From: Marsupella aquatica
Taxonomy: Eukaryota; Plantae; Marchantiophyta
Assembly: GCA_973895155.1 (NCBI GenBank)
Contig: OZ316898.1
Coordinates: forward strand, 9,411,079-9,475,078
Length of the DNA: 64,000 bases
Direction: 5' to 3'
Part shown: positions 13,951 to 26,907 of the stretch, in pieces
How the letters are laid out: every line of letters begins with the position of its first letter
Position numbering within the stretch: the first letter of the stretch is position 1
Notes under the pieces: generated by a model
Told to the model about the DNA's origin: nothing
Seen by the model: only the letters and a program-made list of their open reading frames with translations
The model's database searches: none
Translations under genes and position numbers: made by a program

Positions 13951-14396
13951 GTTGGAGTGGGATGATCCCAGTCCAAGTCCTTCACGTTCTCTACACAGGT
14001 GAAGTCGTCAAGATACAGTTGGATTGGGTTGATCCTAATCCAAAGCCACTTCAAGGTCCAGATGAGGTCTCTGGACACGCCAACATACAGTTGGATTGGG
14101 ATGATCCCAATCCAATTTCACCTTCGCCCAAAATCAAGTCTCCAACGTTGTCAATGTACAGTTGGATTGGGATGATCCCAGTCCAACTTCAACTTCAAGT
14201 CCAAATGGGGTCCGAAGTTACCAATGTATAGTTGGATTGGGATGATCCTAGTCCAAATCCAACTTTGAGTCAAAATGCGGTCTCAAGATACAACCCACAA
14301 TTGGACTCGGATGATCCCAATCCAAATCCAACTTTGAGTCAAAATGAAGTCTCAAGAGACAACCCACGATTGGACTCGGATGATCCCAGTCCAAAA
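13951..14396. repeat. Seven-copy array of a ~26-bp palindrome (ttggattgggatgatcccaatccaa), period ~70 bp, in the retroelement 5' leader
   Basis: Copies near 13951, 14018, 14090, 14161, 14231, 14300 and 14369; spacers are more diverged than the palindromes. Confidence 0.9.
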
Positions 14397-15027
14397 CAAG
14401 GCGCGCCACAAAACACGTCGCAATTCTCGGACCAAAACACTGTTCAACAATATTGTCATTTTCCTTGTGCCCTAGGTCGCTGCCGCACCTCGTCGCAACG
14501 CGGACTCCATCGTGACGCCGACAACACAATTCACCAACATTTGATTGTCACTTTCTTCGTAAAAGTGTACAATCCATCAACGAATCTCAAATCCGCAATA
14601 ACCTTTGTGATGCTGCAACGCAATCGGTAAGGACTAGAACTCTAAAAACACAATGTAGCAACTATCACTCGAGGCGCCTTCTGATCTTCGATCAGTCCCT
14701 CATTGCCATAGCTTCGAGAAGCTCCAAATGTCAATCCGGTAATCAACTCCAGAGAGGACTTCAATGAACAAACTATCAGAGAGCTTCAAACAGCACCAAG
14801 CTGTACTCTCAGAGCAATCAATAGCTCACAATCTCCAATCTACCAATGGCTGATCTGACTTGAGCTACCACAAGTCAACCAGCAAGATCTCAACAATCCA
14901 AGCTACCATGGATCAATTATGCAATACAACAAGCTTCGAAACAACTTCGAATCAACTTGCAGTGATCTTTCAATGTAATCTTCAATTGATGATATCGAAC
15001 AATGATCAGTGCTAATCCAACATCGAT

Positions 15028-15305
15028 CCCGTCCGACGCGATCACACATATATGTCAAGCCCAACGCACCTTGTGCTTCAAGAAATTCACGTTACATGCA
15101 CACAACCTGGTCAGCCACACCATAATCACCAAGCTCATGCTCAAAGGCTCAACATTGAAAGATGAGGCCTTTGAGCCAACACAAGGGGATAACTATCCCT
15201 CACACAAACTCAAACTAAACACAAAGTGCTCATACAGTACACATACAAAACCTCTATACCTTGGATAATACAATATATTTTACTACCACTCTAAATGGTG
15301 TGACA
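15028..15305 (-). repeat. 5' terminal repeat X of the retroelement
   Basis: Matches 5744-6021 and begins TGTCA on the minus strand. No Y segment and no canonical tRNA primer-binding site follow it. Confidence 0.9.
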
Positions 15306-16190
15306 GAAATCGTGTTGCTAAACAACTTTAGAAATACAATAAATCTTTGACAAGTGTATTTTTTGATGTTCTAATAATTGCATTTACCTATAAAAGTGCA
15401 CAAACTCCCTTATTAGAGTAAAAATATGCACTTACTTAATTGTAAACCGAATTTAGGGAAAGCGTGTACAACTTGTGAGTCACTAGATTCCTTCACTAAG
15501 GGAGGGGCCATTGATACATAAGTGCAAAATTTAGGGGGTTTGGTCTTATCAAGAGTGCAAATGTCATCCCGAGAGTGTGCACTTAGGAAGAGCTGACTAT
15601 AACTGTTAGGTCAGGGACAGTAAAGATCACGCGTGGGTGAAAAGCAGGCTCAGCGAATGGGCAGGCAGTGCGGGCAGGCCAGGCGGTGGGCAGGGAGGTA
15701 GCCCGTGGACAGCAGTCTCAGCCGGGCAGGTGGCCACGTTTAATTAATTAACACTGGATAGAGTGTAGATCAAGTTTAGAGCCCCAAACAGGACATTTCC
15801 GGGCTGCCCTCATGCCAAACAAGAAATTAACGACCCAGAGATCAGGTTTGGTGTTATGAGGCTCGGCAGCTTCTGTCGTTACTCGTTAGTGTGGAGATGA
15901 CTCGGCACACTTTTGTTGGCTCGGTGTTCGTGCACATAATTGGTTCGGTGGGTTGTGCATAATCATAAGAAGTAATTTAGTAATTTACTCCAGTCTTTGG
16001 TCTTGGAGTAATGAATATGGTGGTACTCTTTTGCAATGGGCACAAAATCCCCTTATGATTGAACTTCCGTTATATACTTACATAAGGTGCAAACTTAATT
16101 GTCTAATGATGATGCCTTGAAAAGAAAGCCCATTGTGTATAAACATCAAGTTTAAAATGTGTCAAGGACGAGTCAAGACAAATCTATCTA

Positions 16191-16651
16191 CAGTAATCTC
16201 TCTATAAGAGCACCCTCCATAAGTGCAAAAACTGGGTTGTCTCCAAAGCGTCCTGTTGTTCCATTAGTTTCCGAGCATTTTGTATTTTATGTGCATTTTA
16301 CTTGCTCTAGTTGTAAGTGCAAAGAGGCCAAAGAACTTTCATTGAAAAACAACTCTATGGGTGAAAAACCCAGTGTACTTGAACACTGATCAGAAAGTGC
16401 ACAATTCAATTGACTTACACTTATTCATCAGTGCGTTACATTTTTACATAGAGTAAACTTCGCACTTATGGGGTAGGGGGTTACAGGTAGGGCAATGATA
16501 TACAATTTAGGGTGGAAGTGGTGAGGCAAATAGATATGAACCACATACTGTTAATGATACAATTTGCTATTTTTGCACTTATCACTTACGCAAACACACG
16601 CTAAGTGGGGGATGCTTCTTCCCAGAGTGTGCAGTTAGAGAGAGACTATTG
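16191..16651. mobile_element. Tc1/mariner-pogo-type MITE
   Basis: Imperfect TIRs cagtaatctctctataagagcac / gtgcagttagagagagactattg, flanked by TA on both sides. A similar right-hand TIR lies at about 15571-15600. Confidence 0.65.
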
Positions 16652-18262
16652 TATTGTAGAAGATTGTGACTATAGTATGCCATATGCCATGCTTTAAACT
16701 TGAAACATTGTAGTCTTCCGTCCTTAGCGTCCTGGTAATTTGGACATCAAAAAGCGTCAGATATGTAGGCAAGAAAACACTCACCCATATAAGAGAACAG
16801 AAGGGGTACTATCCCTCCAGCCTGTGGGCACATGCCAAGTGACATGTACACTGTATGCAGCCATGTCACAAGCCCCAAATTTGTGATTGGGTCTTGAACT
16901 CAAACTCTCTTCACAAATAAATCCAACAAATACTAGAAAGCAACATGTCCTGATAAAGTAAGATCAAAGGCAATACTTTACTCCTACATATGAGCAGATC
17001 ACACATTGCAAAATTGTAAGATTTGTGTGTGACTCCAGCATTGGAGACAGCTGGAATGGGAGAATAAAGGAAACAGCGATGAACCCAAGCCAATTTACTT
17101 TGGGATGTTAGCCATGAACACCAACCCAACAACAAAGGTGGGTCACACAGCATGTATACTACAATATGACCAAAGGTGGGTCACACAACATCTAGACTAC
17201 AATTTGCAATTGAAGTCTACCCTTTGTTACCATCTCCATAGAGTGAGCCAATAGGCTCTATTGTCTTTGCTTACAGAAATTTATAATTGTGAGTATAGAT
17301 GGTTATGGGGGATCTGGATACAAGGAGCCCTTCCTTTGCATTCCACATGGGTATGTAGGCTAGTGTTAAATTACTTGCAACATAGATCAAACACACTTCA
17401 AAATGTAAGCATTTTTTTTCAAAATCACACTGATTTCTCTCATTCATTTTCTTTCCTTGAAGTGGAGAGGCCTTCCTTCATTCCAACTAATTCCCCAATG
17501 TGCTGACAAAAGAACAAGTTGCACAAAATCTTTGTCATCAATCCGTCCAATAATTTCTTGGCCAGCTGCAACACGGGGTCTGTTTGGGTGGAGATTTCCT
17601 CACCCCCCACAAATATAACTCCCCATGGTAGCGACATCTGGGGGTGTTAGCTAAAAGGAAATAGTCACTCTTATTAATTCATTATGGTGGTCTTGGGCTG
17701 GAAGTCTTCTGGTGATTGGATTTAATAATCAAGGCCCAATGAGACGTTTGCCGAGTTCATGTTAATCCTCCTTCTGGCCTATTGTAATAGTGGCTGTTTT
17801 TTGCCTCCTTCTTAGTTGTTGGGGAACCAAATGCCAAACTGGGCCAGCTCCGAACCCACGTGGATATGGGAAAAGCAAGAGAGGGCACTGGTCCAAGAAG
17901 ACATTCGTGAATAGTTGGAAAGTATGTTTTGGGGGCCCAAGCAAAAAGAAGGGCTCCCCTCCAATCACAAACAGACCTCTACGACTTTAACTACTCGCTT
18001 TTCACATTGGTTTTGGAAGCACTTGGAGTTACTGTGAAATGTATAATTTCCCCATTACCCCAAATTTCCAGTCCTTGGTCAATAACAATAGTCACAAACC
18101 CAATTAGCCAGAATAAAGGGCTCGTACTTAAAATGCAGGAAGATGTAAAGGTCAAATACAATTCGTGAAAATCAGATAAGGAATGTTCCGAGGATCATAT
18201 TCTTTCACACATGCTCACATTCGCCGAGCGACAAAAAGAAAAACCAAAAAAAATGACGCTGG

Positions 18263-18627
18263 TCGAGACCGGCGAGGGTAAATAAATCTGACTGTCGGGC
18301 AGGGTACCCTAGGGTCTGTTGGGCAAGGCCAAAAGGACTGCGGCAGGGGAAGGGCAGGAAGTGATTTAATTACATGAATGACGAAATTAGCCAGTTAGTA
18401 CAGTAGAATGCCTCATTTCAGCGACGCATGCCCGACATTGAAAGATTATGCGTCAGCCCGCTCCTTTAGTCCTTTGCTTTGCGATCCTGACCAGACCGCA
18501 TAACCGGGCCTTTCAGGGCTCGAGACACTGAATGGGGTAAATAAATCTGACTGGCGGGCAGGGTGCCCTCGGAGGAGTCGGAGCTGCTGGGCAAGGCCAA
18601 AAAGGACAGGGGCAGTGGAGGGCAGGG
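18263..18627. repeat. Local GC-rich direct duplication (~95 bp)
   Basis: gggtaaataaatctgactg..gggcagggt..ccct...gggcaaggccaaaaggac occurs at about 18276 and 18535. Confidence 0.6.
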
Positions 18628-20699
18628 GCAGCGTGGGGCCACCGGGTGGCAGCAGGCGCCGGGCCCCGGGGGAGGCAGGCTCCTGTCTTGTCTTGTAGCG
18701 TGCCCGCAAGCCTTTTTCACGTGACGGACCGTGACGGTCTGTAGCTGGGCCCAGTTAGTCTGACCGTCATAACTGCCCAAATTGCCGAGGGGAACAGTAA
18801 AATCCCGTGTTGCGCCAGTTGATAAAAATGATTTAAATAAACTGTTTTGGGATCGTTGGATTTCGACATTTGATGGTCTGGGTGCACCCAAAGTCATTTT
18901 TCTTACCCAATTGGAAACAAGTTCAAGTGTGACATTATGGAGTTATGGTAAACCCTAAGCTCTTAGATTTAATCTGGACATTATAATTAATGGTGCACTA
19001 CAAGGCCTGGAGCCAATTGCGTCTTTATTTTACTGTTAGATTAGATTGAATCAGGACGTATTTGTGCTCACAAGGCTTGGGTCCAAATCCATCATTTTAT
19101 TTCCTCTTAGATTAAAATGTGTACCTTATAGTTATGGGGCGCTTCACAAGGCCAATTCTGTCTTGTCATTTCTTCCTAGGTTAAATCTGGGTATTCTAAT
19201 TTATCGTTGCTTTACAAGGCCTGGGGCCAACTGAGTCTTTCATTTACTCTTAGACTAACTTTGAGCATCACAATTCAATGGATGGCAATGGTTGTAGTTG
19301 GCTTCAGAAGAACTAAATGGTAGCAATTCATCCTACGTGGCAAAGGAGTGTGCTCAAGGGAATGCTGATGTGGAGTGTTTGTCTTGGGCTAGAATTTTAG
19401 AGCATCTCTAGAGATGATCCAACAGTTTCCAAAGTGTGGTTCCTTCATTCAAGGGATTTATTGATCTTCAGTCAACAGATTTTGTTATGGAATCTATCTT
19501 TAGAACAAGAAGTGGCCCTACAGATTTTCTCTGGTGTAAGAATCACAAGTGCCCCCTAGTACTTGTAATGCCACCATCAAATGAAAACAAAATACACTCT
19601 GGGCAAACGGAGAATTGTGTCGACTAAACTCACGGCTCCAAGTGTGAACTAGTGTCTCAAGTGTTCAAATCAAACCATCAATCCTTGACCTTGTTAATGC
19701 ATACAAAGTTCAATTTTTTTTGCCGCCTTCAAAGATTATTTTAGAGCGCATACAAAACAAGAATATACAGGAAAATTCAGGGAAGAAACACGGCTTATTG
19801 CATTGCCAAGGACACATTCAATTGCATGGCATTGAGTGAGGGCCCAAACAATTTTGTTTCTTTCGATACTGTTTGTGCAAGTGAAACTTATTAAAAGTGA
19901 CAATAAGCATGATATTGAGTGTAATTGAATGTACATGAGACAAATAAAAATGTCCAGAAAATGTTTTTATCTCGTCATATTGAAGTATTTGCTTGATGTG
20001 ACCCCAAATAAACTATGTTTATTCCAGATACTTTGATAAGCCTTGAATTAATATACGCAAAATTTTAAGTTTTTTATTATAAAGTGACACTTTTCATTTT
20101 AGGTCCCCACCAAACAATAAGTCACTCACAATTTGTTTGCATTAAAGTTTATTTTCTCCATCTCATAAAGAAACGATATGATTCAAATAATTATTTCGGA
20201 TCTCAAGAGTGGATATGAGATACGAGATAACGAGAGAATGATTTCAATCTCACGAACAAACTTTCCCCAATTTGTTTCACCCACTTCGCTGGAGTCAAGT
20301 TTTGCCACTAATGGTATGAATCTTTGGGCCCGGTCAGCTGCTACCTATTCGCTCAGATTCCTCTTCCCCTTCCCTCCGTACAGTAGTCCTTTCACTTCAT
20401 TTTCACTTCACTGTCTAGTGTCTGCCCGACTGGGAAATTGTCAAAGACTTGTAACTACAGTAAATAGACAGAAATCGACAGTGGCATGAATCTTCCTCTC
20501 GGTCAGGTCAGCACACGCATTCACTCAACGTGACCCGATGCCTGATAGAGTCGGTCAGGTTCGGCCTTTCGGTCTGCCCGCCTGCCCGGCACACTGTGGG
20601 CACTCGGTCAGTCATAAAGATCCGAATCCGTCTGGCAGTTACTCTCATTACGCGCCATGCTGCGATGATTCCTTTGCTTGATTGTTCTTTGCACCAGAG

Positions 20700-21390
20700 A
20701 GTGGGCTCGTGATCGGGCAGCGAGCTTGGGCACTTGGGTGGGTCCGCGGTTGCCCGACAATTCAAGTTTACTAGTTTAAGGGTCGTCTTAAAACAGAAAA
20801 CGTGCAGAGGAAAAGTCGTCCAACTGAAAGCGCAGCACCTGCCCGCCACATCCAGATTTAGCGGCGTGGTCAAAACAGTGATTGGGCAGCGGGTCTGGGC
20901 ACTTGGCTGGTCTAGCCGGGTTTCCCCAACAATTCAAGTCTTGTCTGGCTGTAAAACAGAAAACGGGCACGGCAAAAGTGGTCCAACTGACCCGGCAGCC
21001 CCCTGCCCCTAACGTCCAAACAGTGGAACGGGCACCGAAAGTGCGGCAACTGATCGGGGCAGCTCAAATTCCGACACGTCCAAATTTAGCGTCGTGTCCA
21101 AAACAGTGGGTCGGGCAACTAAAGCCAGCAACTAACCGGGCAGCTCAAACCCCGACACGTCCAAATTTGGGGTTGTGTCTAAAACAGTGGAACGGGCCAA
21201 CTGACCGGGCAGCAGCTCAGATTCCGACACGTCCAAGTTTAAGGTCGTGTCCAAAGCAGTGGAACGGCCAACTGACCGGGCAGCTCAAATTCCGACACAT
21301 CCAAGTTTAGGCTCGTTGCTAAAACCGCGGAACGGGCAGAAGAAAGTAGTGTCCAGCTGACCGAGCATCCCCCTGCCCGACACGTCCAAC
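20700..21390. repeat. CpG-rich degenerate tandem repeat (~60-bp unit)
   Basis: Recurrent aaacagtggaacggg..caactgaccgggcagctcaaattccgacacgtccaa. Confidence 0.75.
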
Positions 21391-21635
21391 TTATTCCACC
21401 TCGGCAGACTCGAATGTTGTGCTGACGTGGCAACCTTATGTCATGAACTACAACTATGCTCATGATCGGTGTGACTTTGTTTTTTCTCCGAAGGTTCATC
21501 ATCAATCAGACATTCTCTTTATTAGGTTTATTAGGGAGTCCCAAACCTTTGAGTTTTGCCTGGTAGTTTCCCTAAAGTAAAGGGGCGGACACAAAGAAAA
21601 CTTCTTGGCACACTTGTGACTACAGATAGGAACTA

Positions 21636-22002
21636 CAGTATTTACCATAATTAGTGTGATTATTTGAGAGCGCCCATTTTCAGGGTCTACTTGTGAATTA
21701 GTATTAGTCACACCAATTTTGTGCTGACACTATTTCCGCATACATGAATTAGTGTTACTATGGTCTCAAGAGTGGAAAAATAGAGGGAAAAACAGTGTTT
21801 TGAAAAATCACAACAATTAGTCTTATTTTGGACTCAAGATAGTCCATTTTCTACTAGCAATATAAGCAAAAGTGGAAGAAAACTGTTAAAAGACAAAACT
21901 TAGTGTTACTTGGACTCAAAATTATTTTAACCAAAAATGCTGTTAGTAATTTTGTACTAACACTAATTCAATCTTGCATAACACTAATTATGATGAGCAG
22001 TG
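21636..22002. mobile_element. Tc1/mariner-type MITE
   Basis: TIRs cagtatttaccataattagtgt / acactaattatgatgagcagtg (17/22 match), flanked by TA. Confidence 0.55.
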
Positions 22003-23074
22003 TAGTACTTTTGAGCCAAGGATCTTTTTGAGGACATACAGGTTTGAGACTCCCTATTATGGTGAGGATGATCAGGTTAGCCCATGCCTTTAGTGAAAAC
22101 TTAGAGCACTCCCACAGTCGCCGGCAATGTCCAGCCAGAGAGGACAACTTTAGCTTGGGTACAAGTTTTTTTTTTATCTCTACTAAGTTGCAAAATCAAA
22201 ACCTTGTAGCCCGGCCTACTAGAAGCTGTCCTCCCACACTCCAGAACTCACAAGTTTGGGCACATGGGAGGGTCACCGGCCCACCGTTTCCAAATGTTTG
22301 GAAGGTAGAGATCAACCCATTCCAAGACCTTTGGACGACAATGACGTGAATGGAATTGATAGAAGACCATCCCAGTACATTGCATGCTCTGTATTGGGTG
22401 GGGATGTTGACCTGGTGCAGCCCGCCACGGAGCAAGCTGATATATCATTCAATTTTCTACTCACACATTTGCCAAGTTGCGAATGGCGTCACCAGCAGGG
22501 AATGCGCTTCAGAGTTTCACCTTTCAAACTATACGGCAACGCCATAAGTAATTTATCCACAGTTTCATTGTCTTACTTTAAAACAATGTATATAGTAAAA
22601 CAAGGATACCAACTTTTTGAGAACTGGATTGATGGTTGAATGGGATGTAGATCAAATAAACTGACCTTAGGAAGGTACATGATGTGAAAGGAATTTGTAA
22701 GAGTGCCAGGGGCCATTGATTCTCTTGTAGCATGTTTTCTCCCTAGTGAAAACTTTGACTGAGCAATAAAACCCCACAATAAAATCCCAATAACATCTTA
22801 TATATTAGGGAAGTTGATACTTGCATGGACCATGAGGTTTGACCTAAGGACTCCAATGGGACCAAGCACTGTTCCTACCCAAGAAGGTGAGCATTTATTA
22901 AAAATGTGCTATCTATGTGAGTCACAATGATTTATCCAAACATCTTGTTATATGTTTTTTTCTATGGGAGCTTCAATTAGTATCTGTTATGGGTTTCATT
23001 TTTCACAACCATAGCTACCTCTAACATGTCACTAGCTGAATAGTAGACCTATGATTTCATTAATATAAGAACTA

Positions 23075-23847
23075 CTAGCCCGATGCTTGTGCGTTGCACA
23101 AAAGATGTAGATCTAGGTGAAGAAAAAATGTTGAGATGAAAAAAATGGCGATGAGAGAAAAAGATGTCAAGGCGAGGACAAAACGTTGAGGTGAGGAAAT
23201 TATGGCAGGGTGAGAAAATATGACAAAATAATAAAAAGATAAGATATCAAGGTGAGAAAAGATGTTGAGGTGAAGAAGAGATGTTAAGCCAGGTGGAAAA
23301 AGATCTCGATGAGAAAAAGATGTCCAAGAGAGAAAATATGTGGAGGGTGAGAAAAAATGTCACGGTGAGATAAAGATGTCCATGTGAGAAAAATATATCA
23401 AGACAAGATAAAGATGTTACGGAGAGATATATATGTAAAGATTCAAAAAGTATGTCAAGACAAGAAAAGATGTCAAGGCCATGCAAAAACATATAATAAA
23501 TTTTGCAATATAGTTGTTGAGGCATGTTATGTGTGATGTTGAGGAATGTTATGTGTGATCTTGACCATGTAGCTGCTGTGGGTGTGTTTTATAACCCGTG
23601 TGTTGCACATAGAAATTGGAGATGCGAGATAGAGGCCACCACATCATAGAGTCCAAACAACCCCAATTTAAGGAAAACCGAACTTTGGAAATTCCGAAAA
23701 TCACTAAATATTATTATTTTAATAAAAAGGGGGCGACATGACACGTGGCTGCACGTGAAACCCTGAAAATGACTGCAACGTCACATTTTAACCAATCCAA
23801 CTTGACGGGACCAAGAGACATGCTCACGCGAATAATAATAATAGAGA
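23075..23847 (-). mobile_element. Probable non-autonomous Helitron
   Basis: The minus strand ends with hairpin ttgtgcaacgcacaa about 10 bp before CTAG|T (23075) and begins TCTCTATTATTATT at about 23847. The interior is a degenerate purine-rich repeat. Confidence 0.6.
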
Positions 23848-23926
23848 AATAAATCTTTGAGATCCTTTATATATGATAACCAGTATATAAGGAGTTTACA
23901 AATAGTTTCTAGAACGACAATACAAA

Positions 23927-24655
23927 TTAATCTGATCTCATGCCGACTATTATTTTGGAAGCGTCCAAAATTGGGCGTCTGTTAAATTGCTCTACTAGAT
24001 ATCTATCTCCATGCCTCTGAATCACAGGGTCTTCCCATAGAGTATGATTATAATCATAATCTCTAAAAATAGATTTAACTAACCAATCAGGATAATCTCT
24101 TCCATTGGCAATGACAAGCGGCTCACAAGAGTTTGCTAGCTTGCTAAGATACGGAACCAGCAAGTTAATCAGGAAACTGTCGTCGACTGACCCAAAATAT
24201 TTGGGCGGAAATAATGATCCAACAACAGGATCTAAATAAGCATGAAATGCATCGGATTCGCTAAGCATTATATTTTGCTGCAGATACGCCTTCGTATAAA
24301 TTCCAACATTCTCAAAACACTTCACAAATATCCGCTTATTTGATGTCACCCCATCGCATAAGTAACAATGAGACTGATCCCAAATATACTTAAATGAGGC
24401 CATTTCCATCGCAATAAAAATAGATACTAAAATCTGATCTAAAAAGTTCTTCCCAAGAGAGGACCAGATCCCTACATCGAAATTCTCAAAATAGAATCTC
24501 AAGAATTCGAGAAGATGAGGCCTTGGAAAAACGTAGATATTCCCAATCCGAATTCCAGTTGAGACCGCCATCAGTCGGGAATGCGGTGCCGTGTAACAGA
24601 GTAGATGCTCCACGTCTAAAACTATGAGCCCATTTTCTCTGCTGCAATGAATCTC
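23927..24655 (-). CDS. FCP1/NIF-like domain 3
   Basis: LIVLDVE, FPRPHLLEFL, VGIWSS, YIWDQSHC, FVKCF and DDSFLINLLVPYL. Confidence 0.8.
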   Translation of the reverse strand, partial: EIHCSRENGLIVLDVEHLLCYTAPHSRLMAVSTGIRIGNIYVFPRPHLLEFLRFYFENFDVGIWSSLGKNFLDQILVSIFIAMEMASFKYIWDQSHCYLCDGVTSNKRIFVKCFENVGIYTKAYLQQNIMLSESDAFHAYLDPVVGSLFPPKYFGSVDDSFLINLLVPYLSKLANSCEPLVIANGRDYPDWLVKSIFRDYDYNHTLWEDPVIQRHGDRYLVEQFNRRPILDASKIIVGMRSD

Positions 24656-24747
24656 CTGTAGAGAAACACAAGAAGATGCATGAGCCCGTATGGATGTAGT
24701 CACGCAAATGGTCGCGTCACATATTATAGAGACAACATCCTCTACAC

Positions 24748-25426
24748 TCTGGCCATTGATAAGTGACGTCTGTTGAAGTGCTTGATAAGAACTTGATCCG
24801 CATGTCTCTGCACGTACAGATGCTCCCATATATCCTCGTTCAGATCCCAATCTCGATGTAGATTTCTAATCAACTAGATGGGATAATCAAACTTGTTAGC
24901 GAATGCAAGACAAAGCCCTGAATTTGATAGCTTTTGTAAATATGGAATGAGGTCATCCCTCAAAAAGACATCATCCAACGATCCTTGAAATGACTTAGCG
25001 AACAATAATCCGCATACAGCTGTCTGGCATGTATGGGAAGGACAGGCATCAATCTGGATTATATTCTTTGGTCGATAATCTTGAAACATATCACGTAGTC
25101 TCTCGATAGATTTGAAGACAACAGTCTTATAATTTTTCTTCACATAACCAAGATTCCAGCAATGATCCTGCGTGAACACATATATCAGCTGCGATAGGTC
25201 GGTGCTCGACAACACTTCTGAAAGTATCTGATAAACCAGTTTATCGTCGAGAATAGACCAGACCATCATATCAAAATGATCATAACAGAATTTTATAAGA
25301 TCATGAAGATACGGCCTCGGAACGACACATAGAGATCCGATATGAATTCCCGATGTCGACTTGAGCTGAGGAGTATATTTTGAAATAGAGCACAGGAAGT
25401 TGACGCGACCTGCTCCACTTAGACAC
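24748..25426 (-). pseudogene. FCP1/NIF-like domain 2 (degenerate)
   Basis: VPRPYLHDLIKFC, MMVWS, VFTQDHC, VFKSIE and DDVFLRDDLIPYL; paralogous to domains 1 and 3. Confidence 0.75.
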
Positions 25427-25561
25427 CTATAAATGAACAATTCGATTCTCATATTATGCAATTGCAAACAACCACGCGACCGGGCGCGTCACTCCCAAAA
25501 TATAAAGTTCAATTTCAATCAATTTATAAATAATAATTGATAATAAACAATAAACGTTTAC

Positions 25562-26821
25562 TTATTGGACTTATCCCGAGCTTCTATAGCACGGTCTTTT
25601 TCGGCAGATAAGTATTTCATAAATTCGTCAAACTTTTCTAAATGGTCTTTATTCCCCTTATTACGAATGATCACATTTCTCCTCCAAAGATTCGTCTTAT
25701 CAATATAATCTTTCTCAAGATTTTCTTGAGAGAACGTTGGAATCCCATATCCACTAAGGAGCTCGCGAAATGTCAACTTGTCAATTGACATGTCGCATAG
25801 ATATGGATATAGTTTCTTTCTAAAAAATAGGTCATCATCGAGCCCAGAATATGCAGGGGTATTTACAAACGGCAGGAAACAGCAAACAGTAACAGGAAAC
25901 AGAAACTGGTAACAGGAAATGAGTGGTAATTTTTTTGGAAATTTTTTTGAAATTTTTTTTGAAATTTTTTTTTGAAATTTTTTTTTTTGAAATTTTTTTT
26001 TGCTAGCGCCCGGCGCTGGTAATGCTAGCGCCCAAAGCTAGCCAAAAATGTTATAATTTAATTGTTTTTGGAAAATTTGACGTTTTAGAAAATATTTTGA
26101 CATTGTTATTTTTCCTGGTAAGAGTAAATTTTTGCTGGTAACAGGAAAATTTTTACTGGTACCAGTAAACCTGTTTCCTGTTTACTGTCACGCATGCCAT
26201 ACCCGAATATGCATCGGGATACAGCGATGAATAGAAGTCATTAAGGCTCGTCTTATATGCAGCGTCATCGATAAGAATGACATTCTCGATGTTGTAATCT
26301 TTAATATCGGCGACAATGTCGGAGAGACATTTGACAAATAAGGGGATGTCATTATTATTCTTCCCAATAAGTCGAGTTGATTCTTGTCCCCATATAAATT
26401 TAATACGTTTCAAAACTTCGGGTCAAAGTATCAGCCTTACACAAGATAGAATATTTTGTTTGAACATGCACGACCAGATCGCAATGTCGTATAGATCTGC
26501 CACCTTCTCAAGAAATTCCATTAAATCAGGCCTTGGATAGATAACCTTGTGCATCTGTCTCACACCCCTTGACCAAATGGGCATCCCAGGGCTGATCTTC
26601 TCTGACCAGATAAGTACCCGATTCAGATCGAAAATTACCAGTCTCTTCTGAACCGGTGACTTCTTTGCCGATGGATTAGGCGCCATTTGTACCTGTGATT
26701 TTTGTGCCGCAAGGTTTGGAGAACGTACTAGAACAGTCTGTTTGTTTCCCGCCTCCTGACGATCACCGGACTTCCGGACTGGTGCCTTCGATACTCGATC
26801 AGGGGGTTTCGGGATAGGCTT
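25562..26821 (-). pseudogene. FCP1/NIF-like HAD phosphatase domain 1, interrupted by a MITE
   Basis: LVIFDLNRVL, YPRPDLMEFL, IAIWS, FIWGQ and VILIDD. Removing 25856-26213 rejoins YPDAYSG-LDDDLFF in frame. Confidence 0.85.
25856..26204. mobile_element. MITE with 9-bp TSD (Mutator-like) inserted in FCP1-like domain 1
   Basis: TSD gaatatgca at 25847-25855 and 26205-26213; gggtat termini; inverted subterminal aacaggaaac repeats. Confidence 0.8.
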
Positions 26822-26907
26822 CTGTAAAACATGAAGAAATGAAAATAAGTTTATAACGCGAACGGTCGCGTGACTACAAAGAGAGACACTGAAATGAAGT
26901 GTATTAC

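Larger units (their letters stand above)
5606..15305 (-). mobile_element. Ty3/gypsy-type retrotransposon carrying a C5 DNA methyltransferase and PHD finger, with split direct terminal repeats; degenerate copy
   Basis: Domain order gag-PR-DNMT-RT-RH-INT-PHD on the minus strand. Repeats: Y 5606-5743 = 6024-6161 and X 5744-6021 = 15028-15305. GAAA flanks both ends (5602-5605, 15306-15309). A G-rich PPT-like tract lies at 6164-6170. Confidence 0.92.

Noticed and set aside
13951-14396. True CRISPR array
   Set aside because: Eukaryotic retroelement context, no cas genes, and the spacers are related to each other (the last two are nearly identical).
14232-14630. Plus-strand ORF with DWDDP repeats
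   Set aside because: Translation of the palindrome array; no other coding evidence.
2560-19580. Three diverged copies of a dispersed repeat (about 2560-2930, 4640-4920, 19350-19560) as a LINE or gene remnant
   Set aside because: The similarity is visible but no coding motif or termini could be assigned.
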